Source of the DNA: a virus
Taxonomy: Duplodnaviria > Heunggongvirae > Uroviricota > Caudoviricetes
DNA length: 7,947 bases
IMG/VR virus record: IMGVR_UViG_2713896907_000004
Location: 1 to 7,947 of that record
Reading direction: 5' to 3' (one strand)
Part shown: piece by piece, positions 1-6,418 of the stretch
Layout: the number at the start of each line of letters is the position of its first letter
Numbering within the stretch: the first letter of the stretch is position 1
Notes under the pieces: model-generated
Told to the model about the DNA's origin: nothing
The model's database searches: none
The model's input: only the letters and a program-made list of their open reading frames with translations
Made by a program: the position numbers and the translations under genes

Positions 1-230
1 CACGGCCTGATATTGCTGTACGGTGGGTTATTCCAGATTGCACCGTGGCTTACCCACTCAGAATTGAGCGCGTCGTCGGCCTCAGTTAGCCAGTGAGCGC
101 ACAGAGCATTTTTGTCGCTCGCAGCTGAATCCAGCCAGAATCCAAACTCAATATCCAGCGCATCAAAAAGCCAGAGCGGCGTTTGCCAGCAGTCCTTGTC
201 GTGTGATGGCGTATTTGATTTGATAGTCAT
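1..230 (-). CDS. dam: Phage DNA N-6-adenine methyltransferase (Dam family), N-terminal part; gene runs off the window start
   Basis: Minus-strand ORF starting at ATG 230, overlapping the ninB TGA stop (ATGA junction). Hand translation: MTIKSNTPSHDKDCWQTPLWLFDALDIEFGFWLDSAASDKNALCAHWLTEADDALNSEWVSHGAIWNNPPYSNIRP, no stop before position 1. NPPY catalytic tetrapeptide and overall N-terminus resemble phage Dam methyltransferases (recalled, not searched). Confidence 0.7.
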   Translation of the reverse strand, partial: MTIKSNTPSHDKDCWQTPLWLFDALDIEFGFWLDSAASDKNALCAHWLTEADDALNSEWVSHGAIWNNPPYSNIRP

Positions 231-673
231 GCAGCCCTACCTTTTCGTTGTGACCATTCATACTCTCGCCAGGAGTCATCACTCCACCGCACGTTGCGCT
301 CTGAGCCGAACCAGAACATGATTTCGATAAGCTCAGTCATGCTGGCCTTCCGCATTTTGCTGGTACGCACGCCAAGCATGGCAACGCCACCGTCGATACC
401 AGGCACACTTCGTTGCTCCAGTTTTTTGGTCTTAAGCCACAGGGCAGTGAACAGGTCTTTCCAGTCTTCCGGCGCCAGCCGTTGACCATGCCATAGCACC
501 TGACGCGAAACATCGTTCAGCATCGGCCACATACGGTCATTCTGCGCTTTGCTGCGCTTGGGTTCTTTAACGTGGACTTCGTGGGGTGACTTGTCGTCGA
601 TGGGTAGTGAGAGAATGGCGTCTATGGCGTTATTTCTGATTGCTTCGTTGCGAAGCAGAAAGGTTTGCTTCAT
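227..673 (-). CDS. ninB: NinB-like recombination protein (lambda NinB/Orf family)
   Basis: Part of track ORF 227..775(-). Start placed at internal Met 35 (ATG at 673), preceded by GGAG. Product MKQTFLLRNEAI...WHGQRLAPEDWKDLFTALW...RNVRWSDDSWREYEWSQRKGRAA recalls lambda NinB in length and in the DVSRQV.WHG and WSD motifs. Confidence 0.85.
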   Translation of the reverse strand: MKQTFLLRNEAIRNNAIDAILSLPIDDKSPHEVHVKEPKRSKAQNDRMWPMLNDVSRQVLWHGQRLAPEDWKDLFTALWLKTKKLEQRSVPGIDGGVAMLGVRTSKMRKASMTELIEIMFWFGSERNVRWSDDSWREYEWSQRKGRAA

Positions 674-866
674 CTCCTGCTCTCCGGTTCCATTTTTCAG
701 CCGCCGCAGCAACTGATGGTGCCCATGCCCCCCTGGCTTCACAGAGGTCACATTCTGCATAGCCCCACACATCAATATTTATTCCGGCCTCACCCCACAG
801 ACGACCATTACCGCCGCAAAACGGACATTCTTTTAGCTTTGGCTGGGTTAATGATAGGTCGCTCAT
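630..866 (-). CDS. lar: Lar-family restriction alleviation protein (zinc-ribbon CPFCGG type)
   Basis: Internal start of track ORF 630..1073(-) at Met 70 (ATG at 866), preceded by AAGGAG at about 5 nt. Product MSDLSLTQPKLKECPFCGGNGRLW...ECDLCEARGAWAPSVAAAAEKWNRRAGDE has the CPFCGG ... C..C ... AxxxWNRR pattern of the Lar family. 3' end overlaps the ninB start by 44 nt in another frame. Confidence 0.7.
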   Translation of the reverse strand: MSDLSLTQPKLKECPFCGGNGRLWGEAGINIDVWGYAECDLCEARGAWAPSVAAAAEKWNRRAGDEANLSASQRSNQK

Positions 867-876
867 GCTCACTCCT

Positions 877-1092
877 TCACTTAAAATCCAGACTCCGGAT
901 AATTCTGTTGCGCTGAAACTCATTGTTGAGTTTGAACAACCGTCGAAGAACACGGTCACGCGGATAGCGTCGTGCGGCAGGTGAATGCTCATACAACTCA
1001 TCAAGCGGCAAACTTGACGATGAACGATACCGATACCAACGCACCAACTCTTCACGAAAATTAGCCCTGACAAGCTCAGCTATCGTACTCAT
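877..1092 (-). CDS. Hypothetical Arg-rich small protein (71 aa), first gene after the tR2-like terminator
   Basis: Track ORF 877..1092(-). GGAGGA about 8 nt upstream of the ATG at 1092. Its TGA stop lies inside the lar RBS. No recognisable family. Confidence 0.55.
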   Translation of the reverse strand: MSTIAELVRANFREELVRWYRYRSSSSLPLDELYEHSPAARRYPRDRVLRRLFKLNNEFQRNRIIRSLDFK

Positions 1093-1120
1093 TTCTTAAA
1101 TCCTCCAATTACTCTCCCCC

Positions 1121-1152
1121 AAATAAAAAGGCCTGCGATTACCAGCAGGCCT
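1121..1152 (-). terminator. Rho-independent terminator after the helicase gene (tR2-equivalent position)
   Basis: Minus-strand RNA reads AGGCCUGC-ugguaauc-GCAGGCCU followed by UUUUAUUU. Perfect 8-bp GC-rich stem (1129-1136 / 1145-1152) with the T-tract at 1121-1128. Sits about 28 nt downstream of the helicase stop. Confidence 0.65.
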
Positions 1153-1180
1153 GTTATTAGCTCAGTGATGTAGATGGTCA

Positions 1181-2617
1181 TCAGAATCCTCCTTTCTTCT
1201 TGGACTGCGGTTCCTCGCGTTCACGGCGGCGCATTTCAGCAGACTGTTGGTCTGTGTCATAAATAGCGCCATTTGCCTGTATGCAATACACCGTGCCGGT
1301 ATTGCCATGACGATTGAGGCGAAGGATTAGTTCGGTTTCACCAGGAGGAACGCTGTCATCAAAAGCACCTTCACGATGGATCCCCACCCAATAATCGCAA
1401 TCCTGTTCAATCTGCCCTGTATCTCGTGAGTCACTTGGTAATGGGCGTTTATTGGTTCGGCTTTCCAGTGCGCGGTTAAGCTGTGTCAGAAGCACAACAA
1501 CGCAATCAAGCTCTTTGGCAAGGTTCTTCAGTCCTTTGGTGATCATGCCGTAAGCAAGGTCGTTGCGATCGGCCTTTTCAGCGGTCATTAGTGTCAGGTA
1601 ATCGACCAGAATCATGCCAACACATCCTTTTTCTCGCTTGATTCGACGGCTTTCGCTGACGATTTGAGCCAGAGATAATCCCGGCGTGTCGTCGATGTAA
1701 AGCAGGTCGATTTCACTCAAGCGATTGGCTGTCTCGATCGCCCTGTTGAAGTCACCATCGTAATCACCCTGATAGCCGTCATCAGCGTCATTTGTCGCCG
1801 GAAGGTAAAAAATATTCGGGTTCACACCTGACTTCTGCCCTACCAGTTTTTCCAGTATCTGGTCACCTGGCATTTCAAGGCTGAACATCAGAGCGGGCTT
1901 TTTCTCATGCACTGCGCAGTTGATTGCCATCTGGCTGTATAGCGTCGTTTTCCCCATCTTAGGGCGAGCGCCAATGACAAACAGAGAGCCTTTCACCAGA
2001 CCTTTCGGTGACAGCATCCTGTCCAGCGATGGGATCCCTGTGCTCATTCCTCGTTGTTCGCCTGACGGGTCAAATCGCTTCTCAAGGTCGCTAACCCAGT
2101 CTTCCATGACCTCACCAAATGAGCGAAGGCCGCGACGCGATCCGGTTTTTGCATGGTCTGTCAGTTGCGTGAAAATCGACTGAATAGCTTCGTACTTCTG
2201 CGTTGCAGTCATTCCGTTGCGGGAATAGAGCAATTCCGTCGCTTCAGTCATGCGGTTGATGGCGTAGCGTTCCATTGCGGTTTCGCGAACCTGCATTGCA
2301 TAAGCAACGATGTTTGCTGCGCTTGGCGTGTTCTTTGCGATCTCAGCGATATAAGCAAAACCGCCAACAGACGCCGTTAACGATTTACGCTCCAGTTCAT
2401 CGAAAAGCGTCAGGCCATCTACTGGCTTTTGCTCACGGTGCATTCTGGTTATTTCTTCGAAAATGATTTTGTGTGGCCGGCTGTAAAATGAATCAGGCTT
2501 CAGCATCGCCAGAACCTTCTGGACGCGCTCACTGCTGTCATCATCCAGAAGCAATCCACCAATCACCGCCTGCTCTGCCTCGATGCTATGGGGCGGCGCA
2601 TAAAAATTATCGGTCAT
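1181..2617 (-). CDS. dnaB: DnaB-family replicative DNA helicase (phage-encoded, P22 gene 12-like)
   Basis: Track ORF 1181..2632(-). Start chosen at ATG 2617 ([25 protein letters not shown], preceded by GAGGGTG); the track Met at 2632 is the alternative. Classic DnaB N-terminus and Walker A GARPKMGKTT. Start overlaps the upstream gene's stop (ATGACCGATAA). Confidence 0.9.
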   Translation of the reverse strand: MTDNFYAPPHSIEAEQAVIGGLLLDDDSSERVQKVLAMLKPDSFYSRPHKIIFEEITRMHREQKPVDGLTLFDELERKSLTASVGGFAYIAEIAKNTPSAANIVAYAMQVRETAMERYAINRMTEATELLYSRNGMTATQKYEAIQSIFTQLTDHAKTGSRRGLRSFGEVMEDWVSDLEKRFDPSGEQRGMSTGIPSLDRMLSPKGLVKGSLFVIGARPKMGKTTLYSQMAINCAVHEKKPALMFSLEMPGDQILEKLVGQKSGVNPNIFYLPATNDADDGYQGDYDGDFNRAIETANRLSEIDLLYIDDTPGLSLAQIVSESRRIKREKGCVGMILVDYLTLMTAEKADRNDLAYGMITKGLKNLAKELDCVVVLLTQLNRALESRTNKRPLPSDSRDTGQIEQDCDYWVGIHREGAFDDSVPPGETELILRLNRHGNTGTVYCIQANGAIYDTDQQSAEMRRREREEPQSKKKGGF

Positions 2618-3506
2618 CGTGTTCACCCTCACGAACTTTCAGGTAGGTATTGTCGTTAAGCAGGAAATCAAATCCCTTTTTGTGCCAGACGGTTCCGCGC
2701 TGATGGTTTGGGCGCTCTTCGAACATCCATCGGCAATTTTCGCCTACGTAGCTCAAATAATTTCTCCAGTCCTGCATCGTGAACCCATGCCCGTCAAGCT
2801 GGCGGGTTATCACTCCGGCTTTGCGCCAGAACGTTCGGATCTGGTTTTTACGCTTGTCATTCAGTGCGCGGATTCTTGGCGCTTCAGGAAGGATTTCGTG
2901 GTAAGCATCGACAACATCCTGACAGCTGACGGGAGGTTTTTTCTTGTCAGACTTTTTGTCTGCTGTGGCACTCTCTAATACGTCAGTATTAGAGATAATA
3001 TTATTATATTCTTTATCTGTGGTAATTTGCTGGTAATCTGCTGGTACAGTATTGCTTACAGGCATTGGTATTGCTGGCTTTGAGGTGGTAATTTGCTGGT
3101 AATCTGCTGGTACAAAATTTGACTGATAATCGTCATATTTCTCTACCGAGAAAACTGAGAATTTACCGTGTGAAACCCAGTCAATCATGCCGAGTTTTTT
3201 GAACTTTCTAAGCAGGTACTGAACGCGATCTGGTTTGAGTCCTGTTTCAAACGCCAGAGAGTTTCTACCGCCAAGTAGCTTCCCTCTGCCTACCAGAATT
3301 TCTCCTGCGTCAGTCATTACATACTCAGGCGTATGCTTTGCTTTGAGGATTAAGTGAACCCACAGATGCGCTGCTTCTGCGTCCTTGTAAAACGGCACAT
3401 CCATAATTTTACGGTGCAGCAAGGCATACCCCTTACCGCTGCTTTGATGCGGTTGTTGTAGCCTTCTGGCCTCTCTGGCTTCGGCTAGATTAGATATGTT
3501 ACTCAT
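2607..3506 (-). CDS. Replication initiation protein (lambda O / P22 gp18 analogue)
   Basis: Track ORF 2607..3506(-). AAGGAG 7 nt upstream of the ATG at 3506. N-terminal winged-helix-like region, a central linker carrying the duplicated peptide [10 protein letters not shown], and a C-terminus resembling the conserved phage replication-protein C-terminal domain. Sits immediately upstream of the helicase. Confidence 0.8.
   Translation of the reverse strand: MSNISNLAEAREARRLQQPHQSSGKGYALLHRKIMDVPFYKDAEAAHLWVHLILKAKHTPEYVMTDAGEILVGRGKLLGGRNSLAFETGLKPDRVQYLLRKFKKLGMIDWVSHGKFSVFSVEKYDDYQSNFVPADYQQITTSKPAIPMPVSNTVPADYQQITTDKEYNNIISNTDVLESATADKKSDKKKPPVSCQDVVDAYHEILPEAPRIRALNDKRKNQIRTFWRKAGVITRQLDGHGFTMQDWRNYLSYVGENCRWMFEERPNHQRGTVWHKKGFDFLLNDNTYLKVREGEHDDR
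2972..3113. other. Putative origin of replication inside the initiator gene: AT-rich palindrome plus iteron-like direct repeats
   Basis: Two identical 29-bp direct repeats (3019-3047 and 3085-3113, gtggtaatttgctggtaatctgctggtac), each with GCTGGTAAT sub-repeats at about 11-bp spacing. Adjacent AT-rich stretch 2972-3016 holds a perfect 10-bp inverted repeat, tctctaatac-gtca-gtattagaga (2972-2995). Layout matches lambda ori inside O. Confidence 0.5.
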
Positions 3507-3645
3507 GACCTTTCTCCTTCTGCATCAGCTTCACTTTTTCCAACTCAGCCCGGAATCGACAAGGCTGCTTGAAGCTGGACAGGAAGCGATCACGTAGTAT
3601 GTGTTTGTGAATTTTGTCCTGGTAAGGACTGAGTTGTTTTGTCAT
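3499..3645 (-). CDS. Small hypothetical protein (48 aa) between cII and the initiator gene
   Basis: Not in the supplied track (too short). Hand translation from ATG 3645: [53 protein letters not shown] 7 nt upstream. Stop overlaps the initiator start (ATGAGTAA). Confidence 0.4.
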   Translation of the reverse strand: MTKQLSPYQDKIHKHILRDRFLSSFKQPCRFRAELEKVKLMQKEKGHE

Positions 3646-3654
3646 AATGACTCC

Positions 3655-3731
3655 TGTGGATTGATCCAGTAATTACCTCAGAACTCCATCTGGATTTGTT
3701 CAGAACGCTCGGTTGCCGCCGGGCGTTTTTT
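3655..3731 (+). ncRNA. oop: oop-like antisense RNA candidate (about 77 nt, antisense to the cII 3' end)
   Basis: Plus-strand extended -10 TGtCATAAT at 3640-3648 in the cII/initiator intergenic region, with a strong intrinsic terminator about 77 nt downstream inside the cII 3' end. Geometry as for lambda OOP. Start site is inferred, not observed. Confidence 0.4.
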
Positions 3732-3974
3732 ATTGGTTAGTCCATCAAGCGCATACTTAAAAGCCCTGCTAATCGGACTGATGTCTGATGCCATTCCAAA
3801 AGCACACAGAACCGAAGCAATAAATCTCCAGTCCGTTCTGCTTATCTTCGATTCATGACAGCCAATCATCTTTGCCAGACCGCGCTGGGTAAGCGTTGAC
3901 AGGTTGATAAGTAAATCTGTTTCTGCGCGATCAACGTCGCGCTGTGATAGTTTGCTGTAACTTGTTTGTTCCAT
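3678..3974 (-). CDS. cII: CII transcriptional activator (lambda CII family)
   Basis: Track ORF 3678..3974(-), 98 aa. C-terminal LTNKKRPAATERSEQIQMEF matches the lambda CII C-terminus as recalled. HTH-like ESKISRTDWRF in the middle. Sits between cro and the replication genes. Confidence 0.9.
   Translation of the reverse strand: MEQTSYSKLSQRDVDRAETDLLINLSTLTQRGLAKMIGCHESKISRTDWRFIASVLCAFGMASDISPISRAFKYALDGLTNKKRPAATERSEQIQMEF
3704..3731 (+). terminator. Rho-independent terminator on the strand antisense to cII
   Basis: Stem cgctcgg (3706-3712) / ccgggcg (3719-3725) with one G-U pair, 6-nt loop, extendable by two A-T pairs, followed by TTTTTTATT. Confidence 0.6.
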
Positions 3975-3984
3975 TTCTTACTAT
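3952..3984 (+). promoter_or_regulatory. PRE-like CII-dependent promoter candidate (TTGC-N6-TTGT at the cII start)
   Basis: Plus strand TTGC (3952-3955) - tgtaac - TTGT (3962-3965) overlapping the cII start region, with TACTAT at 3979-3984. Resembles lambda PRE TTGC-N6-TTGC and would point through cro antisense toward cI. Confidence 0.3.
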
Positions 3985-4008
3985 TTCCATAGTTAAATAA
4001 TCACTAAT

Positions 4009-4026
4009 ACTCATCTTTCGATGAGT
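4009..4026 (-). terminator. tR1-position hairpin between nutR and cII
   Basis: Minus-strand RNA ACUCAUC-GAAA-GAUGAGU, a perfect 7-bp stem with GAAA tetraloop, followed by an AU-rich tail AUUAGUGAUUAUUU. Weak intrinsic terminator or processing site. Confidence 0.35.
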
Positions 4027-4038
4027 GCTTAATTAGTT

Positions 4039-4073
4039 ACCGCGTTGTCGGCGGTGCAGATTGATAAAGAGCG
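4039..4073 (-). promoter_or_regulatory. nutR: boxA plus P22-type boxB
   Basis: Minus strand just downstream of the cro stop: boxA-like CGCTCTTTA (plus 4065-4073), then boxB hairpin ACCGCCGACAACGCGGU (plus 4039-4055). Matches the P22 nutR boxB as recalled. Confidence 0.6.
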
Positions 4074-4080
4074 ATGTTAC

Positions 4081-4308
4081 TTATGCAGCCAGAAGGTTCT
4101 TTTTGCTTATTTCAAGCATTTCGCTTGCTTGATATTTGCCACCAGAAATCTCTTCGATTTTTGATGCATATTTCGTTTTCCCAAAAAACTCAGTCTTAGG
4201 GAGGAAGCCGTTTTTAAGCCACTTATAGACAGCCCTTTCGCTAACTCCACAAGCCTTCGCAACTTCAGGGATGCCGACACCTTTAATCGGCTCATCAAGA
4301 TTTTGCAT
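4081..4308 (-). CDS. cro: Cro-like HTH regulator (first gene of the PR operon)
   Basis: Track ORF 4081..4341(-). Start chosen at internal ATG 4308 (MQNLDEPIKGVGIPEVAKACGVSERAVYKWLKNGFLP...), which has AAAAAGGG 8 nt upstream. The track ATG at 4341 falls inside the predicted PR -10. HTH motif present; divergent from cI. Confidence 0.7.
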   Translation of the reverse strand: MQNLDEPIKGVGIPEVAKACGVSERAVYKWLKNGFLPKTEFFGKTKYASKIEEISGGKYQASEMLEISKKNLLAA

Positions 4309-4320
4309 AGGAATACCCTT

Positions 4321-4393
4321 TTTCGTACTTTCAGTACGCATTATGATTGAACTGAAAGTTTTTGCAAGTGCTTTAGTATCGTACTCATGGTTC
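4321..4393. promoter_or_regulatory. OR-like operator/promoter region (PR leftward, PRM rightward)
   Basis: Minus-strand PR: -35 TTGCAA (plus 4362-4367), 16-bp spacer, -10 CATAAT (plus 4340-4345). Operator-like sites: cgtACTttcAGTacg palindrome (4324-4338), gaACTgaaAGTt (4349-4360), weaker taTCGTACtc (4377-4386). Possible PRM -10 TAGTAT (4374-4379) ends 7 nt before the cI ATG, which lacks a Shine-Dalgarno. Confidence 0.5.
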
Positions 4394-5094
4394 AGAATGA
4401 AAAAGTGCGCAAAGAATTCGCCCAGCGGCTAGCGCAAGCCTGTAAAGAAGCTGGTCTTGATGAACATGGTAGGGGGATGGCCATAGCCCGTGCCCTTTCT
4501 CTTTCGTCCAAAGGCGTTAGCAAATGGTTTAATGCTGAGTCTTTACCGCGTCAGGAAAAAATGAATGCGCTTGCGAAATTTCTAAACGTTGATGTTGTTT
4601 GGCTTCAGCACGGCACTTCGTTAAATGGAGCGAATGATGAAGATACTCTTTCATTTGTTGGCAAATTAAAAAAAGGGTTAGTGCGCGTGGTTGGTGAGGC
4701 AATTCTTGGTGTTGATGGTGCCATCGAGATGACCGAAGAGCGCGATGGGTGGCTCAAGATTTATAGCGATGATCCAGATGCCTTTGGTCTTCGTGTGAAA
4801 GGAGACAGCATGTGGCCCAGAATAAAATCAGGAGAATATGTACTCATTGAGCCTAACACCAAAGTATTCCCGGGTGATGAGGTGTTTGTCAGAACCGTTG
4901 AAGGACACAACATGATTAAGGTTCTTGGCTATGACAGAGATGGAGAATACCAATTTACAAGCATTAACCAGGACCACAGGCCTATAACGTTGCCTTATCA
5001 TCAAGTAGCAAAGGTGGAGTATGTGGCTGGTATTCTGAAGCAATCTCGTCATCTGGATGACATCGAGGCAAGGGAGTGGCTGAAAAATTCGTGA
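4387..5094 (+). CDS. cI: CI-like prophage repressor (N-terminal HTH, C-terminal S24 LexA-like peptidase)
   Basis: Track ORF 4387..5094(+), 235 aa. HTH near the N-terminus (GMAIARALSLSSKGVSKWFN). C-terminal GDSMWP serine motif and downstream Lys (NMIKVLG) typical of the S24 autocleavage domain. Divergent from cro with the operator region between. Confidence 0.9.
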   Translation: MVQNEKVRKEFAQRLAQACKEAGLDEHGRGMAIARALSLSSKGVSKWFNAESLPRQEKMNALAKFLNVDVVWLQHGTSLNGANDEDTLSFVGKLKKGLVRVVGEAILGVDGAIEMTEERDGWLKIYSDDPDAFGLRVKGDSMWPRIKSGEYVLIEPNTKVFPGDEVFVRTVEGHNMIKVLGYDRDGEYQFTSINQDHRPITLPYHQVAKVEYVAGILKQSRHLDDIEAREWLKNS

Positions 5095-5170
5095 CTTCAT
5101 CGTCACATAGCTGGTAACCAGTGGCCTGAAGAGACGTTTGGGTGATAGGAATGGATGTTAAGGATTAAGA

Positions 5171-6217
5171 ATGTCAGCGATTGATCAACCTGCGCAATAT
5201 GTTATCAAGTCAGAAGACGACTTTGTATCTTTTGTAACAGAAATGCTCGGAAGGAAGGATATCGACTCAAGCGACTTCACATTCCCTAGCGTAGTTTTCA
5301 GTGGATGGCCAAAGATCAATATTAATGTAAAAGGCGATCCAAATAGATATAATTCTTCATTGACTGCGTCAATGCTTTTTGGTATGGCAGAGCTTACGCA
5401 TGAAATACAAAAAGCATTTACGGTAGTCAGTCACAGCACTCATAATCGGCAGAAGCTAAAAGATGCAGAGAAAGGTTTGCTGGATATTGTCTACCGAATA
5501 AGCGAAGGCTCAAGCCAAGCGGATGGTGACTCAGATCCGATTGTAAACGGAGTGGTGACAGTGTTAACTCAAGCGATAGGCAAAATGACAGGAAGGCAAG
5601 CACTATGCGCCGTCGCCGCTATCGTCTTAGCTGCCAGCACGGTAGGCTATAAGTGGATCAATGAGTACTACGAAACACAGCGACATGACCAAGATTCTCA
5701 GGTGCAATTGGTGGAAAAAAGCACCAAAGCGGTAAACGAAGCACAAGACAATGTGCTCAAGTTGTTGATTAGCGGTCAAACAAACATTAGCAGAGAGGTT
5801 CTGGCTCACGGCGAGGATGGTAAAAGCAAGTTGCTTAAAAAGCTTGCTCAAGACTCGTCAGTTGAGAAGGTAACAATTGGTCAGAGAGTGGTAAATAGAG
5901 AACAGTTGAATACCTTAAACCAAAGGCAATCAATTGATCGAAAAAAGGAAACCAGAAGAGATAACTTTTATGTCACGGGCGTTCGTCGCTCGGGAGAAAC
6001 AAATCAGGACATAAATATTGACGTCACAAGGGTTTCAAATGGTGAATCTTTCACCATAAAAACCTCAGCCGACATAACATCTACTGATGAGCTTCTTGAG
6101 TTTTTGAATGCTGTAGCCAAAGAATCAACTGTTGAAATTTCATACCTAGAGGTTGTAGAAAATGGACACATTTCAACAGGACAATTGATAAATATATTCC
6201 CCAGCGAACCAGAGTGA
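5171..6217 (+). CDS. Hypothetical membrane protein (348 aa) in the rexAB-equivalent slot; candidate exclusion/defence moron
   Basis: Track ORF 5171..6217(+). AAGGA 6 nt upstream of the ATG. Same strand as cI, 76 bp downstream, with no terminator between. Visibly AT-richer than neighbours. One central hydrophobic segment (ALCAVAAIVLAASTVGY) and a charged Q/K/E-rich C-terminal half. No family recognised. Terminator follows. Confidence 0.8.
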   Translation: MSAIDQPAQYVIKSEDDFVSFVTEMLGRKDIDSSDFTFPSVVFSGWPKININVKGDPNRYNSSLTASMLFGMAELTHEIQKAFTVVSHSTHNRQKLKDAEKGLLDIVYRISEGSSQADGDSDPIVNGVVTVLTQAIGKMTGRQALCAVAAIVLAASTVGYKWINEYYETQRHDQDSQVQLVEKSTKAVNEAQDNVLKLLISGQTNISREVLAHGEDGKSKLLKKLAQDSSVEKVTIGQRVVNREQLNTLNQRQSIDRKKETRRDNFYVTGVRRSGETNQDINIDVTRVSNGESFTIKTSADITSTDELLEFLNAVAKESTVEISYLEVVENGHISTGQLINIFPSEPE

Positions 6218-6225
6218 TGCACTCC

Positions 6226-6254
6226 AAACCCGGCCTCAGCGCCGGGTTTTCTTT
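6226..6254 (+). terminator. Rho-independent terminator after the 348-aa gene
   Basis: Stem aaacccggc (6226-6234) / gccgggttt (6241-6249) with loop ctcagc, followed by TTTTCTTT (6247-6254). Begins 9 nt after the TGA stop. Confidence 0.7.
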
Positions 6255-6354
6255 GCCTCACGTTCGCCCTCCCATATTTAATAGCCGCAAATGTGGTAAA
6301 CCGCGAACCAACTCACCAGCAATACCCCCTCCAACTACAGACCAATCTGCAGCA

Positions 6355-6382
6355 TTTACAAAAATAAATTTCCTTATATATC
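6355..6382 (+). promoter_or_regulatory. Near-consensus sigma70-like promoter candidate in the AT-rich spacer upstream of OL
   Basis: -35 TTTACA (6355-6360), 16-bp spacer, -10 TATATA (6377-6382), plus strand, pointing toward nutL and N. Confidence 0.35.
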
Positions 6383-6418
6383 AAAATTATATCTCGCTGC
6401 ATTAATAAATCACAAAAA

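Noticed and set aside
112-916. Plus-strand ORFs 112..321, 294..485 and 665..916
   Set aside because: Antisense to the well-supported dam, ninB and lar genes, with no RBS and no recognisable products. Likely frame-shadow ORFs.
2618-2632. Helicase start at the upstream Met (MRVNTMTD, 2632)
   Set aside because: The ATG at 2617 has a GAGGGTG RBS and gives the conserved N-terminus. The earlier ATG would deepen the overlap with the initiator gene. Not excluded.
1920-2978. Plus-strand ORFs 1920..2183, 2153..2380, 2275..2466 and 2619..2978
   Set aside because: Embedded antisense within the helicase and initiator genes. No RBS support.
3019-3113. CRISPR array or generic tandem repeat
   Set aside because: Only two copies of a 29-bp repeat, inside an intact reading frame of the replication initiator. 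The pattern fits origin iterons, not repeat-spacer units.
4107-4298. Minus-strand ORF 4107..4298 (63 aa)
   Set aside because: Alternative frame entirely inside the cro-like gene. The cro frame has the HTH and the RBS.
4309-4341. Longer N-terminus for Cro starting at ATG 4341
   Set aside because: That ATG lies within the predicted PR -10 (CATAATG) and has no Shine-Dalgarno. The ATG at 4308 has AAAAAGGG upstream.
4828-6261. Minus-strand ORFs 4828..5106, 5627..5851 and 6004..6261
   Set aside because: Antisense to the cI and 348-aa genes, no RBS. The last one runs through the terminator hairpin.
6214-6405. Plus-strand ORF 6214..6405 (63 aa)
   Set aside because: Spans the terminator hairpin and the AT-rich spacer, with a Pro-rich low-complexity product and no RBS.
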